Shown piece after piece: positions 19,301 through 29,804 of a DNA stretch of 64,000 nt. Numbering within the stretch: the stretch's first letter is position 1; the number at the start of each line of letters is the position of its first letter. A model generated the notes under the pieces. The model worked only from the letters and a program-made list of their open reading frames with translations, was not told the origin of the DNA and did not search any database. This DNA comes from an uncultured virus (IMG/VR IMGVR_UViG_3300035520_000941) (lineage: Duplodnaviria; Heunggongvirae; Uroviricota; Caudoviricetes): IMG/VR virus record IMGVR_UViG_3300035520_000941, one strand, 5' to 3'. The position numbers were made by a program, and so were the translations under genes.

Positions 19301-20737
19301 AACATCAACAAGTTTATTTCCTTTTTCTTCATTTTGTGTCAATGTTCCGTCAAGTAAATTTGTAGCACCTATTGTAATGTTTTGCAATGAGTCCTCTACC
19401 TTTTCATCTACATCATCATTAGAAACATAATTATCACTAACAGTAACTTTGAATTGTTCATAATCTACACTCAATTCCCCTACTTTTGTATTTGTGTCAT
19501 CTATCTTTTGTGACATTGCGGTAAATCTTGCATTGTTTCTATCTACACTTAGTTTAATATTCTTTAATTGAGTTGATGGACTACTTAATTTATTAATAGT
19601 TGTTTCAACTATTTCATTACTAATATTACCCTCATAATCACTTGAAAAGACAGAACTAAAAGTAGTCGCATTGCTCATAATAATAGCACTAAAACTTACA
19701 TTCCCATCTTCGTCCATAAAGTTTACATAATCACCTATTGACAATAACGGATTTCCTTTTACCATATGCAAATCTTCAAAAGATGTAAATTTCAATCCTA
19801 CAACTTGATTATATATGCTATCAACTATTTCTTGCGTGATATATGGGTTATCAGTGTCTAAGTTTAAAACATTTTTGCTATCATCACCCGCTGAATACAA
19901 ATAAAAATTGCTTTCTACTGTAGTTTCGCTATCACTATCACTATCACTTGTACTAGTGCTTGTACTATCACTACTTTCACTAATTCCAGTATAAACGACA
20001 CCACTAATTTCATATGTTTCGCCCAATGATAAATCTGTGGCATAATCAAGTGGTACATTGTATTGTGGTGTATTAACAATCTTTTTAAATGTGAGCATTT
20101 CATTGTCAAATATAACATTGCTTGCGTTTGCCTCTGCAATCCATCCCACATAATTTCTAATTGAAATAGTATTGTCATAAAATTCTATGACTTGGTTTTT
20201 TACAATATCATCAATATTTGAAGTGTCAAATTCAATGCCTACTAATTCACTCATTTCTTTTAATTGGTCTAACACAGTTACTTCACCACTTGAATAACTC
20301 AACTTGCTATCATAAACAACATCTAATTTAGCAATTTTATCATTGCCCGTCATTGATATCTCACCAGTAAATTTTTCTGGATTAGAATATACATTGAACA
20401 TGCCACTATCAAATTTATCATCTTCCGTATCTATCATTTCGCCGTTTTCATCTTCACTTTGGAATTTGAAATATACATTAAAATCAAAATTCAATAAGTT
20501 TCTACCTAGAATACCATCATCATTATTAACACTCAAATTATATTCTTTACTTGGTGTTAAACCAATAATTTGCAAATTACTCCCAACATCAAAATAATGC
20601 TTTTCATCATATGAAGTTATATAATCAGATATTTCTTTATAAAATGTTCCGTTTTCATATACATCTACATATATTCTTTTGCCTATGTCACCATTATATA
20701 TTTTTTCATCAATCTCTCTCATTTCATAATCTGCCAT
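16379..20737 (-). CDS. Large tail spike/central fibre with C-terminal intramolecular chaperone (peptidase S74)
   Basis: Tal-like N-terminus, GATNLL/QLEIGSIATDYAPSP carbohydrate-binding insert, SDKNLK...AGYITQEI...YTEFI chaperone motif. Confidence 0.85.
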   Translation of the reverse strand: MADYEMREIDEKIYNGDIGKRIYVDVYENGTFYKEISDYITSYDEKHYFDVGSNLQIIGLTPSKEYNLSVNNDDGILGRNLLNFDFNVYFKFQSEDENGEMIDTEDDKFDSGMFNVYSNPEKFTGEISMTGNDKIAKLDVVYDSKLSYSSGEVTVLDQLKEMSELVGIEFDTSNIDDIVKNQVIEFYDNTISIRNYVGWIAEANASNVIFDNEMLTFKKIVNTPQYNVPLDYATDLSLGETYEISGVVYTGISESSDSTSTSTSDSDSDSETTVESNFYLYSAGDDSKNVLNLDTDNPYITQEIVDSIYNQVVGLKFTSFEDLHMVKGNPLLSIGDYVNFMDEDGNVSFSAIIMSNATTFSSVFSSDYEGNISNEIVETTINKLSSPSTQLKNIKLSVDRNNARFTAMSQKIDDTNTKVGELSVDYEQFKVTVSDNYVSNDDVDEKVEDSLQNITIGATNLLDGTLTQNEEKGNKLVDVTKTNETFKDCTIFKSSVANANIGFDFVQQIIETQKASVGDKLTYSVYAKTNDTVEKHMYGLYVTKLNDERENTDESTDEDLDNDLEEETENEDEDTDIDSEDEDSDDTENEEDEKEETDEEETESNDINNLYDYYIVGEEIGVIGKEWKQFSYTFEVTEEMLNQNGNPASACWLSCYEDSSKGFYIYWACPQLEIGSIATDYAPSPSDIEEKTTAIQSRLTSAEEKLTAEQWSVWFTETINNSEAVSTLLSMDKEGLHIKNGGIEILNNDGTRVLYADDNGDLYLNEITMNTGVIGSGSNKFKLSENGINGYTYSEETDETFTVVANSGTGAITDANMFFSNTFTKTYNSETNTYTYEFTGSLIKNVLNSDSTYDYGVSSFGKFDELTLNFGKYDKSIWSTLETVDLMQSDSFSYEYLNCEKTDSYLANDDYKGIQMNFNFTLTSSTEYDESLTLYELLKGILGVTNSNVQDYVIASNGSFKYYIYYYDSDELASKVHIGTDGISMGDNFKVDNDGNITSLGGTIGGWRISKNYIISYDNTDSNYEKSIMLDSENMCLTFETFKRDEDTTQLYLSTKYDYSLDGLTFYNYDEGDVYKYVWIDYQSVNLNSRNNGIYIYPTEIRFAHDYTGYESKIYTDWDGDNQNGKFVIVPDDSKSPLYIESYSDKVEFSTLSANVGLSFSPENNKTYLNKSSLFFTKNYGIYMQNSDGNNCDVLNISVSNNVVFGYGSPNNVNIYANPSGCVQILRTGNTTNGILNLGSGYNSSYVCAVRAFYKDNTVHDIVERGTDGLISYFGWAGSSSYATITQIRGRTCKYQNSSGTTTLSDKNLKTDICDYDDRYDTFFDNIQPRLYKYILGSSKRPHAGYITQEIEDALAKANMTTSEFAGVNIMPIESREQEENENGEMVDIEDSSTNYLLDKGINEEHNLIYTEFISLNTWQIQKTKSRVQELENEVKELKEQLNTYLLSKESN

Positions 20738-20853
20738 ATATGATATTTCACCCCTTTTTTATATTTAATAATAAAATTTTTTTATAATAAAATTATATCA
20801 TAACAATTAAAAATGACAAGATAGATAATGTATCATATCTTGCCATAATACGA

Positions 20854-21252
20854 TTATTTTTCAATGAAGTTAAACTTTAAATTCATAACACACATTTCAT
20901 AACTCGTTTTGCCTTTTGGTACAGCCATTCCCCATTCAAACGACTTATCACCAACATACATTTGTCTAGTTATTCTTTCATTTTTATCAATTGCGTAAAA
21001 CTCAACACTGAAAAATTCACTTTTAATTAATTTTAGAATTTTTGATGCTTGTGAAGTTGTAAGCAAATCATATGCAAATTCTAATTTGTAAACGTCATTT
21101 CTAAGGCGATTTCTTGTCATCTTACCACCATTAACTGTACGTCCACTATCATAATCAACATCACTTAAACTACCACTATATTCACTACAATAAGGCAATG
21201 AAGTACCATCTACTTTGACTAAAGATACATTTTTTGTGTCATAATTTGTCAT
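20854..21252 (-). CDS. Distal tail (Dit-like) protein
   Basis: Follows tape measure; DSGRT...MYVGD...FNFIE motifs. Confidence 0.7.
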   Translation of the reverse strand: MTNYDTKNVSLVKVDGTSLPYCSEYSGSLSDVDYDSGRTVNGGKMTRNRLRNDVYKLEFAYDLLTTSQASKILKLIKSEFFSVEFYAIDKNERITRQMYVGDKSFEWGMAVPKGKTSYEMCVMNLKFNFIEK

Positions 21253-21269
21253 TTGATATCACCACTCCT

Positions 21270-24200
21270 TTACCATTGAGATAATGGACTTGAACCAGTA
21301 CTTCTTTTAACTTGTTCATCTTCTTCAACAATTGCTTTATAAAATTCTCTACCATTAAGATTGAAAGTTGCATAAACATATCTACTATCATTATTAGATT
21401 TACTATTATTAGCCTTTTCTTCACTAATAACTTGTTTGATTGTTTCTGTCATCATTCCACTTAATTTACTTAATGGAGAAACAACTTCTGGGTCTGACTT
21501 AGCACCTTGATATTCACCAATTACCGCTAGAGTTTCGCCATAAGCCAAACCACCACTAGCCAATTTTGGAATTTGAGGCACGCTAATTGTTCCAAGCCAA
21601 CTAAAAGGCTTAATACCTAAGATACTTATTTTTTTGATAGTCTTTAACGCTTTATTAATCCCGTCAAATGGAACTTTAATAACTTTATTGATACCACCAA
21701 TTAATCCGTTTATAACAGATTTCAATCCATTCAAGATACCATCTTTAATTCCATTAAATATTTTTCCACCAGTGGAAAAAACGTTCTTAACAGCAGTCCA
21801 TGCCTTGCTAAATTTATCTTTAAACCAACTAACAATATCACCAAATGCACCAGTGATATTTTTCCATATTCCCTTAAAGAAACTTGAAACATTATTGAAA
21901 GCGTTTTTAATATTAGTCCATGCTGTACTGAATATACCACTAAACCATGAGCCAACATTTCCAAAAGCATTTTTTACATTAGTCCAACAATTCCCAAAGA
22001 ATGTGCTAACTGTTGAGAACGCATTTTTAATGCCCTCCCATGCACTTTTGAAAAATCCTACAACAGTATCAACTAAGCCAGATAGTCCATTCACTAATCC
22101 TTGTAATATATTTGTACCCATATCACAGAATACAGTTGATGGTGAATGAATGCCAAAGAAAGATAATATTCCGTCAAGCATATCTTGGAAAAATCCTAAT
22201 ACATTGCTTGCTATATCTTTAAATGGTTGTAAGAACCCTGCTAGTGCTTGTGCACCGACTTCCGCCATACCAGATATAAAATCCCATAAATCACCTAGTG
22301 CATCAATAATAGGACTTATTGTACTTCCAATAGCACTTAAAACAGTCCCTATTGCACTAAATATAGCATCAATGCCTAAACCTATAATTGTTCCAAAAAC
22401 ACCTGCTAATACTTGGAAAGCAACGGAAACAACTGTCATAATTATATCTGCAACAGATGTAAGTATATCAAATATATTTTTAAATACTGGGAGAACGTTA
22501 TTAGCAATAAATGATATAATTGGTGAAATAGCATTCATAACATTCCCAACTACTTTTAATATAACATTTAATGTAGGCTCAATTAATGCCAATGCTGAAT
22601 TTATTAATGTTGTGATTGCAGGAACAATAAGAGTTAATATAAAATTGACTATTGGTAATAGAATGTTTTCAACAAAACTTGCCAACAAACTAATTAAATT
22701 ACCAATAACAGATGATACACCCTCAATGAACGTTGCCAAACCACTACCCATTAAATCACTAACAAATTTTGATATTCCATCCCATAAAGGTTTTATTCCC
22801 TCATCATAAACTGTATTAAATATAGTTATTACACCATTAAAAATGCCTTGTATATGTGAACCAATATCACTAAATATACCATTCATTTTATTTCTAAAAT
22901 CTTCGCTAGTTGTATATAAATATACGAAAGCACTTGCAAATGCAATAATACCTGCTGTTGCTAACGTAAATGGGTTAATTAATCCAACTAATGAAGAACT
23001 CATATTAGGCACTACTGTTTGAAAAGCAGATGTAATCCCCATACCCTCTTGCAATCCTTGAAAGAATACACTAACCGCCGTGCTTACCTCTGTAAATATT
23101 CCAGAAAGTCCACCAAATGATGCTAACAAATTACCGACAGCAGGGAAAAATGTTGTTATTTTTACAACCATTTCAAGCAAACTACCAAAATGAGTTATTA
23201 ACCCACCTGCTGTAAATATTGCTAAAATACCACCTAATATTTGTAAGATTGTATCCATGCTATCAAAATTTATGCCAGAGGCTATCTCTTTTAATTTGTC
23301 TGAAAATTCACCAATCTTTATATTTACATCTTTTATGACTTGCCCTATTTGATATAATACACCACCAGTAAATTCACCAATAACGGGAATAATATATTTA
23401 TTAATACCCTCTAAGAATGGTGTAACAAAATAATCATTAATAGTTGTAGCAAGTTCACTTATTCTAGCACCTAAATTTCCTATTTGAACAAATAAATAAG
23501 CACCACCATTAGTCCATACATCTTTTATTAATTCAGTAATTCCAACAAATACTGTTGAACCAACTGTTTGCATTGAAAAAAACATATCTGTAAAACTACC
23601 AAACCAATAACTCCATTTTGCACCAATAATATCCATTACGCTTGTTCCAACTTGTTTCAAGTTTTCAAATGCCGTTTGAATATTTTCGATTATTTTTCCG
23701 CCGTATTTATCCCAACTATCTTGTAGGGGTTTAAATATATCGGCAAATGCCTTTTCAATTTTTTCTGTTAATGTATCAACCATAGCACTAGGGTCATCAG
23801 TTGTTGGCAAACTCCATTCTAATCCATCTACAATACTGTTTCCACTACCACTACCACTACTACTACTACTAGAGTCACTACTTGTTATATTGTTGATTTC
23901 ATCAAATCCCATCAATTGTTTTTTCAATTTTTTAGCATTATCAGAGGCAGTACCAAGATTGCTTGCGGTATTACTACTAGAGTCATCGGCATCATCTAAT
24001 AAATCTGATATTTCACTATAATCTGTTCCACTCGATGTACTCCAATCACCTATAATATCTTTATAACTATCACCAATTCCAAATAATCGAGCCATAAATG
24101 TTGCAAACGCTTGCCCTACAGCCGTCAAAATTTTAACTAATGAATTTAGATAAGGTATTACAACACTAGCAATAGGCATAAATGCCAACCCCCAATATCT

Positions 24201-26389
24201 ACCTAATGAAGATAATCTTGATTGTAATATTCTTAATTGGTTTTGTGGATTGTTGCTCCACATTCTTATACTTTCATATAAGCCTGACTATCTCTTCCAA
24301 ATCTCTTTTTCAAGATTGTATGAACGGCACTTCCACTTAATGAATTTCACATTAAATGTACGAATTTCATAACCATACCATAAATGGGTTAGGTCGTATA
24401 TTCTAGTCGATACACTTTCATTTTGATTTCTCAAAATGCTTAGCACGATATTGCCATGTGTTTTAATTTTATAAAATTTTCATAATCTTTTTCTTTAATC
24501 CAATAAAACCCTTTATATATTTTTTTAGAATTAACATATTTATTGAATACTTTATAATTAAAATTATATTTATCACAAATTTCTTTTTGCTTATCATAAA
24601 TACATATTATTTCAAAATCTTTATCTAATTTATATATTCTGTTTATAATTCTCGTTTTATCTATTTTATAACGATTATTTTTATTGTATTCTTTTTCATA
24701 AACCCATAAATAACCATTTGCACTATGATATTTTTTATTTGCCACACTTATTATAGATGTTCTGTTTGTTTTTGTATTTTTTGATGCTTCATTTATTGTT
24801 TCAAACTTATTTATAAAATTCCCTTTTAAATCTAATTGAATTATCCCTTTTGATTTAGAATTGTTTTTCTTTTTATATGTGTAATCTTTGTTAATATCAT
24901 ATTCTTCTTTATATAATGCTATATAATTTTTTACTCTTTTGTTTTGCCCTTTTAAACAACATTTTATTCTACTACCAACAAAATCATCGGCATCTTTTAT
25001 TGTGTCAAACTCTTTAACAAAATTATTGTTTAAATCAAGTAATATAACTTTTCTATGCCCGTGGCTACCACCATCACCACCAAAAGATAAATTATATCCA
25101 TTTGAATTTTCGGCATGAACATATGAGTTATAATATTTTATATAAAATTTTTCTTTTTCATTTGCATCTTCTTTAGATAAATTATTTTCTAATATAGTCC
25201 ATTCAAAATTTTCCTCGCCATATTTTAATATTGCTCTATGAAAATATGAACTACTCCTTTTTAAATCATAAATATGTTCTCTTTTTCTTTTTTTAAAATT
25301 ATAAGTTTTACCTATATAAACTTTATTGTTTATAATGTTTCTTGCTTTATATATGACATAAGTTTTCATAAAATCACCTCATGTTATATATTATCATTTA
25401 TTTTTATAAATTAAAACATTTAGGTTTCATCGTTAGCAAACAAATAAAATTTGTTCACACCATATATTTATATGTTCACCGCTTTTATAGACACCCAACA
25501 ATTTAAGTGTCTTTTCCAAATCCCCTATAGTCCTTGTACCATTTTTTGTTTCCTCTGTTGTACTTGCCCAAGAAGATTTAGTCTGGTCTAATATAGCGTA
25601 ATATCTCGCTAATGCCTTTTGTTGTTGTGTCATTCCAGATGTAGATTTAACAATCCCATTATCTAACGCATATTGTTTAATTGTCGTATCATCTATCAAA
25701 ATACCAAGTTGTTTTAAAGGGCGAATTTGCCCTGCCATACCACTACGCAACTTTTCGTAAGCATCTGTTTGTGATATGTTGTACAAAGAACTCATGTTAT
25801 ACGATAATTTTTCTAACTCTGTTGACATTGTATAAGCCGTATTTTCGCCAAATTTCATACTTGTAAACATTGCATTTAGATAAGCCGTTTGTTCCTTAAC
25901 TGGGGTAGTATCAACTCCATATGCAGATTGTAGCATATTTGCAAACTCCTCGGCTTTAGTTGACATATTACCAAATGAAACTTGGAATAAGTTTTCAACC
26001 TCTGCCATATCACTACCAAGAGTGAATAGTGTCTTTCCTAAATTGATAATTTGTCTACCTATATAAGAAAACACGGCAAACCTAATCAAACTTTTCATGC
26101 TAGACAGTATTTTGCTAAAAGAACCTTTAATACTCGTTGTGGCGGTTGCTATCTTTGTCGCACCATTTTTAGCACTTGTAGTTATAGTATTCATAGCACT
26201 TCTAACTCCAGTCGCTTGTTGATTGGCAACAGTAGATACACCACTAAATCCTTTTGAAATTTGAGAACCCATACTACTAGCCTTTGATTGTACTTGATTT
26301 AAGGTATTTAAAATACTATTAATAGTCTGTTGAACACCAGTATCATTTGCCGTGAAATTAATACTAACTGTTCCAACTGTCATATCCAT
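21270..26389 (-). CDS. Tape measure protein, join(25506..26389, 21270..24255), 1289 aa after splicing
   Basis: Splicing restores GDLEKT-L-NNPQNQLRIL; W/F 11-residue repeats; C-terminal PKLASGG...AVIGE. Confidence 0.9.
24256..25505 (-). mobile_element. Group I intron (1250 nt) in tape measure gene
   Basis: P1 GACACU/GGUGUC with U.G at splice site, P10 AUUGUUG/CAACAAU, P7 GACUA/UAGUC within AAGAGAUAGUC, terminal G. Confidence 0.9.
24440..25369 (-). CDS. Intron-encoded GIY-YIG homing endonuclease with NUMOD-like repeats
   Basis: VIYKARNIINNKVYIGKT, E...YI..YNS, NGYNLSFGGDG. Confidence 0.9.
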   Translation of the reverse strand: MKTYVIYKARNIINNKVYIGKTYNFKKRKREHIYDLKRSSSYFHRAILKYGEENFEWTILENNLSKEDANEKEKFYIKYYNSYVHAENSNGYNLSFGGDGGSHGHRKVILLDLNNNFVKEFDTIKDADDFVGSRIKCCLKGQNKRVKNYIALYKEEYDINKDYTYKKKNNSKSKGIIQLDLKGNFINKFETINEASKNTKTNRTSIISVANKKYHSANGYLWVYEKEYNKNNRYKIDKTRIINRIYKLDKDFEIICIYDKQKEICDKYNFNYKVFNKYVNSKKIYKGFYWIKEKDYENFIKLKHMAISC

Positions 26390-26393
26390 GTTA

Positions 26394-26789
26394 TCACTTC
26401 CCTTGTTTATTAAATTTTATGCCCATTTTTTCATAAGCCAATTTTTGCTTGTGTAAAAATTCATATTTATTTTCATCATTAATGACTTCATAAACATTGC
26501 TATCCTTTTTCTTTTTAACATCTTCATCTTTAAAGAAGTCGCTATATTTTGGATATTCAATATTTCTACTTTTTTTGCTAAATGCACTTCTTAAATTTGT
26601 TCCATTCATTGTTGCAATCATTCTCGCTAAAACATACATCTTTTGATTGCTTAACTTCTCGTCAAATTCTTTTTTCTTGCTTTTAGCAATTAGAAAATGA
26701 GCAATATCAGAAAGGGTACACTCCCAAAATTCACTAGGTAGCATACCCCATTGATAACATTCAATCTTTAAACTTTCTATCCATTTTCC
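26394..26789 (-). CDS. Tail assembly chaperone C-terminal extension (probably via -1 frameshift)
   Basis: -1 frame open across the end of 26777..27238 reading GKWIESLKIECYQWGMLPSEFWECT. Confidence 0.65.
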   Translation of the reverse strand, partial: GKWIESLKIECYQWGMLPSEFWECTLSDIAHFLIAKSKKKEFDEKLSNQKMYVLARMIATMNGTNLRSAFSKKSRNIEYPKYSDFFKDEDVKKKKDSNVYEVINDENKYEFLHKQKLAYEKMGIKFNKQGK

Positions 26790-27238
26790 ACGTTTTGTTG
26801 TTGAGTCGCTGTTGCCTTGTTCAATGTCATTTCTGTTTTCATTTGTTCCACCGCATCTCTCAACATCTTTGCCATCTGAAAACCCAAACCACGGTCAATA
26901 ATTCCTTTCACGTCAAATTCTTCAATTATTTTTGCATATAATTCAGTAATTGACATTTTCTTATTAACTTCTAAATAATCATCTAAAAAGTCATATAAAT
27001 CATATTTTTTGTTTCCATCTTCATCGACTTCTTCGCTTATTTTAGGTAATTTGTTTTCGCCTACTTGGAAAAATGAAATAAGGTCAATTAGAAAACCAAT
27101 ATTATTTCTACCCATAGCCTTTTGAGGTAATACGGCTAATAAGTTTTCGTTTTCATTGCATACGCTTTCTTCAAATAATTGTGCTTTTCTTACTTTAATT
27201 TCAATTTCAACATTAACATCTTTTCCTTTTAATAACAT
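26777..27238 (-). CDS. Tail assembly chaperone
   Basis: Position between major tail and tape measure genes. Confidence 0.7.
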   Translation of the reverse strand: MLLKGKDVNVEIEIKVRKAQLFEESVCNENENLLAVLPQKAMGRNNIGFLIDLISFFQVGENKLPKISEEVDEDGNKKYDLYDFLDDYLEVNKKMSITELYAKIIEEFDVKGIIDRGLGFQMAKMLRDAVEQMKTEMTLNKATATQQQNVENG

Positions 27239-27277
27239 ATTTGTTTTCTCCTTTTTGTATAATTAAAATCAATATTA

Positions 27278-27862
27278 TTAATCAACTAAACTACCACTAC
27301 TTGTTCCTAACAAAGCATTAATACTAGTTGTTTTTCCAGTCTGCATACCAACAACTTTATATGTTGCAGTATCACCAGAATAATCTGGACGTACATAGTA
27401 GAATTCATCACTTACTAATGTAGCACTTTGTGTTAATTCTTGTAATCCTTCTGGCTCTTGCCCAGTTGCTGTAATACCACTTACTTTAATTTTGTAAGCA
27501 ATTCCCCAACCTAATTTTTCAGGAGTAGAAGTCATGTTTTCTCTTTCTTCATAAACCCAAATTTCTTTATTAACATATTTTAATTGGTTTTCGATTGTTG
27601 TAGGGTGCATTAATAATGTATATTCAATTTCGCTTGCAGGGAATAAACCACTAACGTTTTCTTCACGAATTGAATTGATAACATTTGCCTCTACTGTATT
27701 TTGTGCATCTCCTAAGTCTGGTGTACTTCTTACACCTAATACAACATCATCTAAGTCGCTAGGCACTACGTCTACACCCATATACATACGATGACCGACA
27801 ACGGCACTACCTAATTGTGATGTTGTATCATCAGCGAATAATTGTAAATTTAATTTAAACAT
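27278..27862 (-). CDS. Major tail (tube) protein
   Basis: Synteny; VRSTPDLG motif; N-terminal LNLQLFA leader. Confidence 0.75.
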   Translation of the reverse strand: MFKLNLQLFADDTTSQLGSAVVGHRMYMGVDVVPSDLDDVVLGVRSTPDLGDAQNTVEANVINSIREENVSGLFPASEIEYTLLMHPTTIENQLKYVNKEIWVYEERENMTSTPEKLGWGIAYKIKVSGITATGQEPEGLQELTQSATLVSDEFYYVRPDYSGDTATYKVVGMQTGKTTSINALLGTSSGSLVD

Positions 27863-27877
27863 ATAGTTTTCTCCTTT

Positions 27878-28288
27878 CTAAATTCTTCTTTCAAATTCAC
27901 CACTCAATAAGTTATAACCAATCTTATAACTTATATCTATCTGGTATTTGTCATAATTAGCGTTCTTGTACGGCATTGATGGTTGACTTCTTGTAAATCC
28001 CATTTCAAGCATACAAGTTGTAACGTCAAATTCTAAGTCCATTAAATCACTTTGATATTCTTCTAACATACTCATTGTAATTGTAATTGTAGTTGTTAAT
28101 TCATTTTGGTAAATATCATATTTATTAGGACTATCATTTATATTTACTATAATTAAAGGGAACTTGGCTTTATCTTTTGGAAAATCATATTTAACATTGC
28201 CGTCTAATCTTTCAATTTTTTCCCTTAATTTAGGAATAACAACTTGCTTTAAGATTAAGTTTCGGTAATTAATTCTTTTCAATTCCAT
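27878..28288 (-). CDS. Tail terminator / tail completion protein
   Basis: Synteny; KFPLII...MGFTR. Confidence 0.6.
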   Translation of the reverse strand: MELKRINYRNLILKQVVIPKLREKIERLDGNVKYDFPKDKAKFPLIIVNINDSPNKYDIYQNELTTTITITMSMLEEYQSDLMDLEFDVTTCMLEMGFTRSQPSMPYKNANYDKYQIDISYKIGYNLLSGEFERRI

Positions 28289-28294
28289 ATAATC

Positions 28295-28765
28295 TTACCC
28301 CGTTCCCCTTGATATAAATTCTCTGTATCTTTCTCTTGCTATAGATATATCCCTAGGATATGCTATTGTTAAAGCATCTTCTAAGAACTTATGTGCTTTT
28401 TGACCTTTCCAATGGTAATAACCTTGACTATCTGGCGTATATCCATATTTACTCATTTTACTTTCAACTAAAGTTGGACTATCTTTAGAAGTTTTCCAAC
28501 TTCCATTTGTACCATAGTAATAATAGCCTAAATAATCAATCCCCTCACCTGCAGAAAGTTTTACAGATGAATAACTACCAGAATTTAATGTAGTTATTCT
28601 ATGTGAATTTGCTAAATCACCACCATTACTACTAATGGTATCTCGTGATACTGTCATTGTATATTGTGCCATTTCAGTTAGCAAAACCACTAAACTTTGA
28701 GTAGATAATTGTTTCATTTTATTCAAATTATTTACTACATTTGTTGAGTCAATAGTAACATTCAT
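28295..28765 (-). CDS. HK97 gp10-like neck protein
   Basis: GDLANS...YYYYGT...KGQKAHKFLEDA. Confidence 0.65.
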   Translation of the reverse strand: MNVTIDSTNVVNNLNKMKQLSTQSLVVLLTEMAQYTMTVSRDTISSNGGDLANSHRITTLNSGSYSSVKLSAGEGIDYLGYYYYGTNGSWKTSKDSPTLVESKMSKYGYTPDSQGYYHWKGQKAHKFLEDALTIAYPRDISIARERYREFISRGTG

Positions 28766-28778
28766 ATATTATCACCCA

Positions 28779-29126
28779 CTAAACTTGTTTTTCAGCCTCA
28801 AATATATATTGTTTTCCAAAGTGAGTTAATGGTTTTGAAATATATGGTGGATTTTTATATAATCCATCCTTTTCATCAACTTGTGGCTCATCAAAATAAA
28901 TACCATCTCCGCCGTCATAATCAATATCAATAGGGGCATTACTACTAAACTTGTAAATTCTGTTTATTTTTTCCCCATATGTTTTATAATCAATATAACC
29001 AGTAGCAGGTACACAATGTATATTTATTTTTCTAAGCCTTGTATAGCCAGTAATTCTAATTTCACCATCATCACTTTTGATTGGTGAAACAATCCATATA
29101 TTCCTTTTATCATTTGTTCTTGCCAT
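28779..29126 (-). CDS. Head closure protein
   Basis: Synteny; PATG...YGE. Confidence 0.55.
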   Translation of the reverse strand: MARTNDKRNIWIVSPIKSDDGEIRITGYTRLRKINIHCVPATGYIDYKTYGEKINRIYKFSSNAPIDIDYDGGDGIYFDEPQVDEKDGLYKNPPYISKPLTHFGKQYIFEAEKQV

Positions 29127-29130
29127 TGTA

Positions 29131-29475
29131 TTAACTCCAATATCCTAGAAATGCTCTAGGGTTTCTTTTTCCCCTAACTTTATTTCTAATGCTTTCTTCA
29201 ATATCTTTATATGAATAAGATGTGCTTACACTTAATTCACTTCTACTTGCCATTCCCTCGTTCCCTTGACGTTGGCAACTTTCAACAGTTGCACTTAAAA
29301 CATAAGGAATAAACTCGGTTGGCAATTCTTTATAGCAAGTTTCAGTACATACAATTTTAGCATATGTATTAACATATAACTTTATACTTTCATCTGTAAT
29401 GTTGCAATCGTCACCAAGCACTGTTTTCACATCACTTATTAATTGCTCGATATCTTGATTTTCCATAATTATCAA
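29131..29475 (-). CDS. Head-tail connector (SPP1 gp15-like)
   Basis: ELP...RQGNEGMASRSE..VSTSYS. Confidence 0.8.
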   Translation of the reverse strand: MIIMENQDIEQLISDVKTVLGDDCNITDESIKLYVNTYAKIVCTETCYKELPTEFIPYVLSATVESCQRQGNEGMASRSELSVSTSYSYKDIEESIRNKVRGKRNPRAFLGYWS

Positions 29476-29483
29476 CTCGATTT

Positions 29484-29798
29484 TTATTCAATATTATCTA
29501 ACTCTAACCCAACATCTAATAAATCACTTTCATTAAATTCTTTATCTTGTTGTTTGTTAGATTTCTTTGTTGTTTTTGTTTTCTTTGCAACATCTGTATT
29601 TTCTTTTTTTAATAATCCATCATTCCTATTTTTTCTTTTTGATTGAAATTGCTTAACTTCATCGGCATTTTCTACATATTCTTCAACAATGCCAACTAAT
29701 TCTTGCGGAATTTCTTTTACATTAAGGTCGAAAGGTACATTAGGAGCGTACCTTTCACCATTGAATTTAATTCTTGTTTTTTTTGAAATTAATTTCAT
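29484..29798 (-). CDS. Hypothetical virion-morphogenesis protein
   Basis: IKFNGERYAPN motif; directly after capsid gene. Confidence 0.55.
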   Translation of the reverse strand: MKLISKKTRIKFNGERYAPNVPFDLNVKEIPQELVGIVEEYVENADEVKQFQSKRKNRNDGLLKKENTDVAKKTKTTKKSNKQQDKEFNESDLLDVGLELDNIE

Positions 29799-29804
29799 AA
29801 CAAA

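Noticed and set aside
16379..20737. Diversity-generating retroelement acting on the tail protein
   Set aside because: No reverse transcriptase and no TR/VR repeat pair seen
21634..22809. Long plus-strand ORFs opposite the tape measure gene and similar antisense ORFs elsewhere
   Set aside because: Shadow frames of well-supported genes
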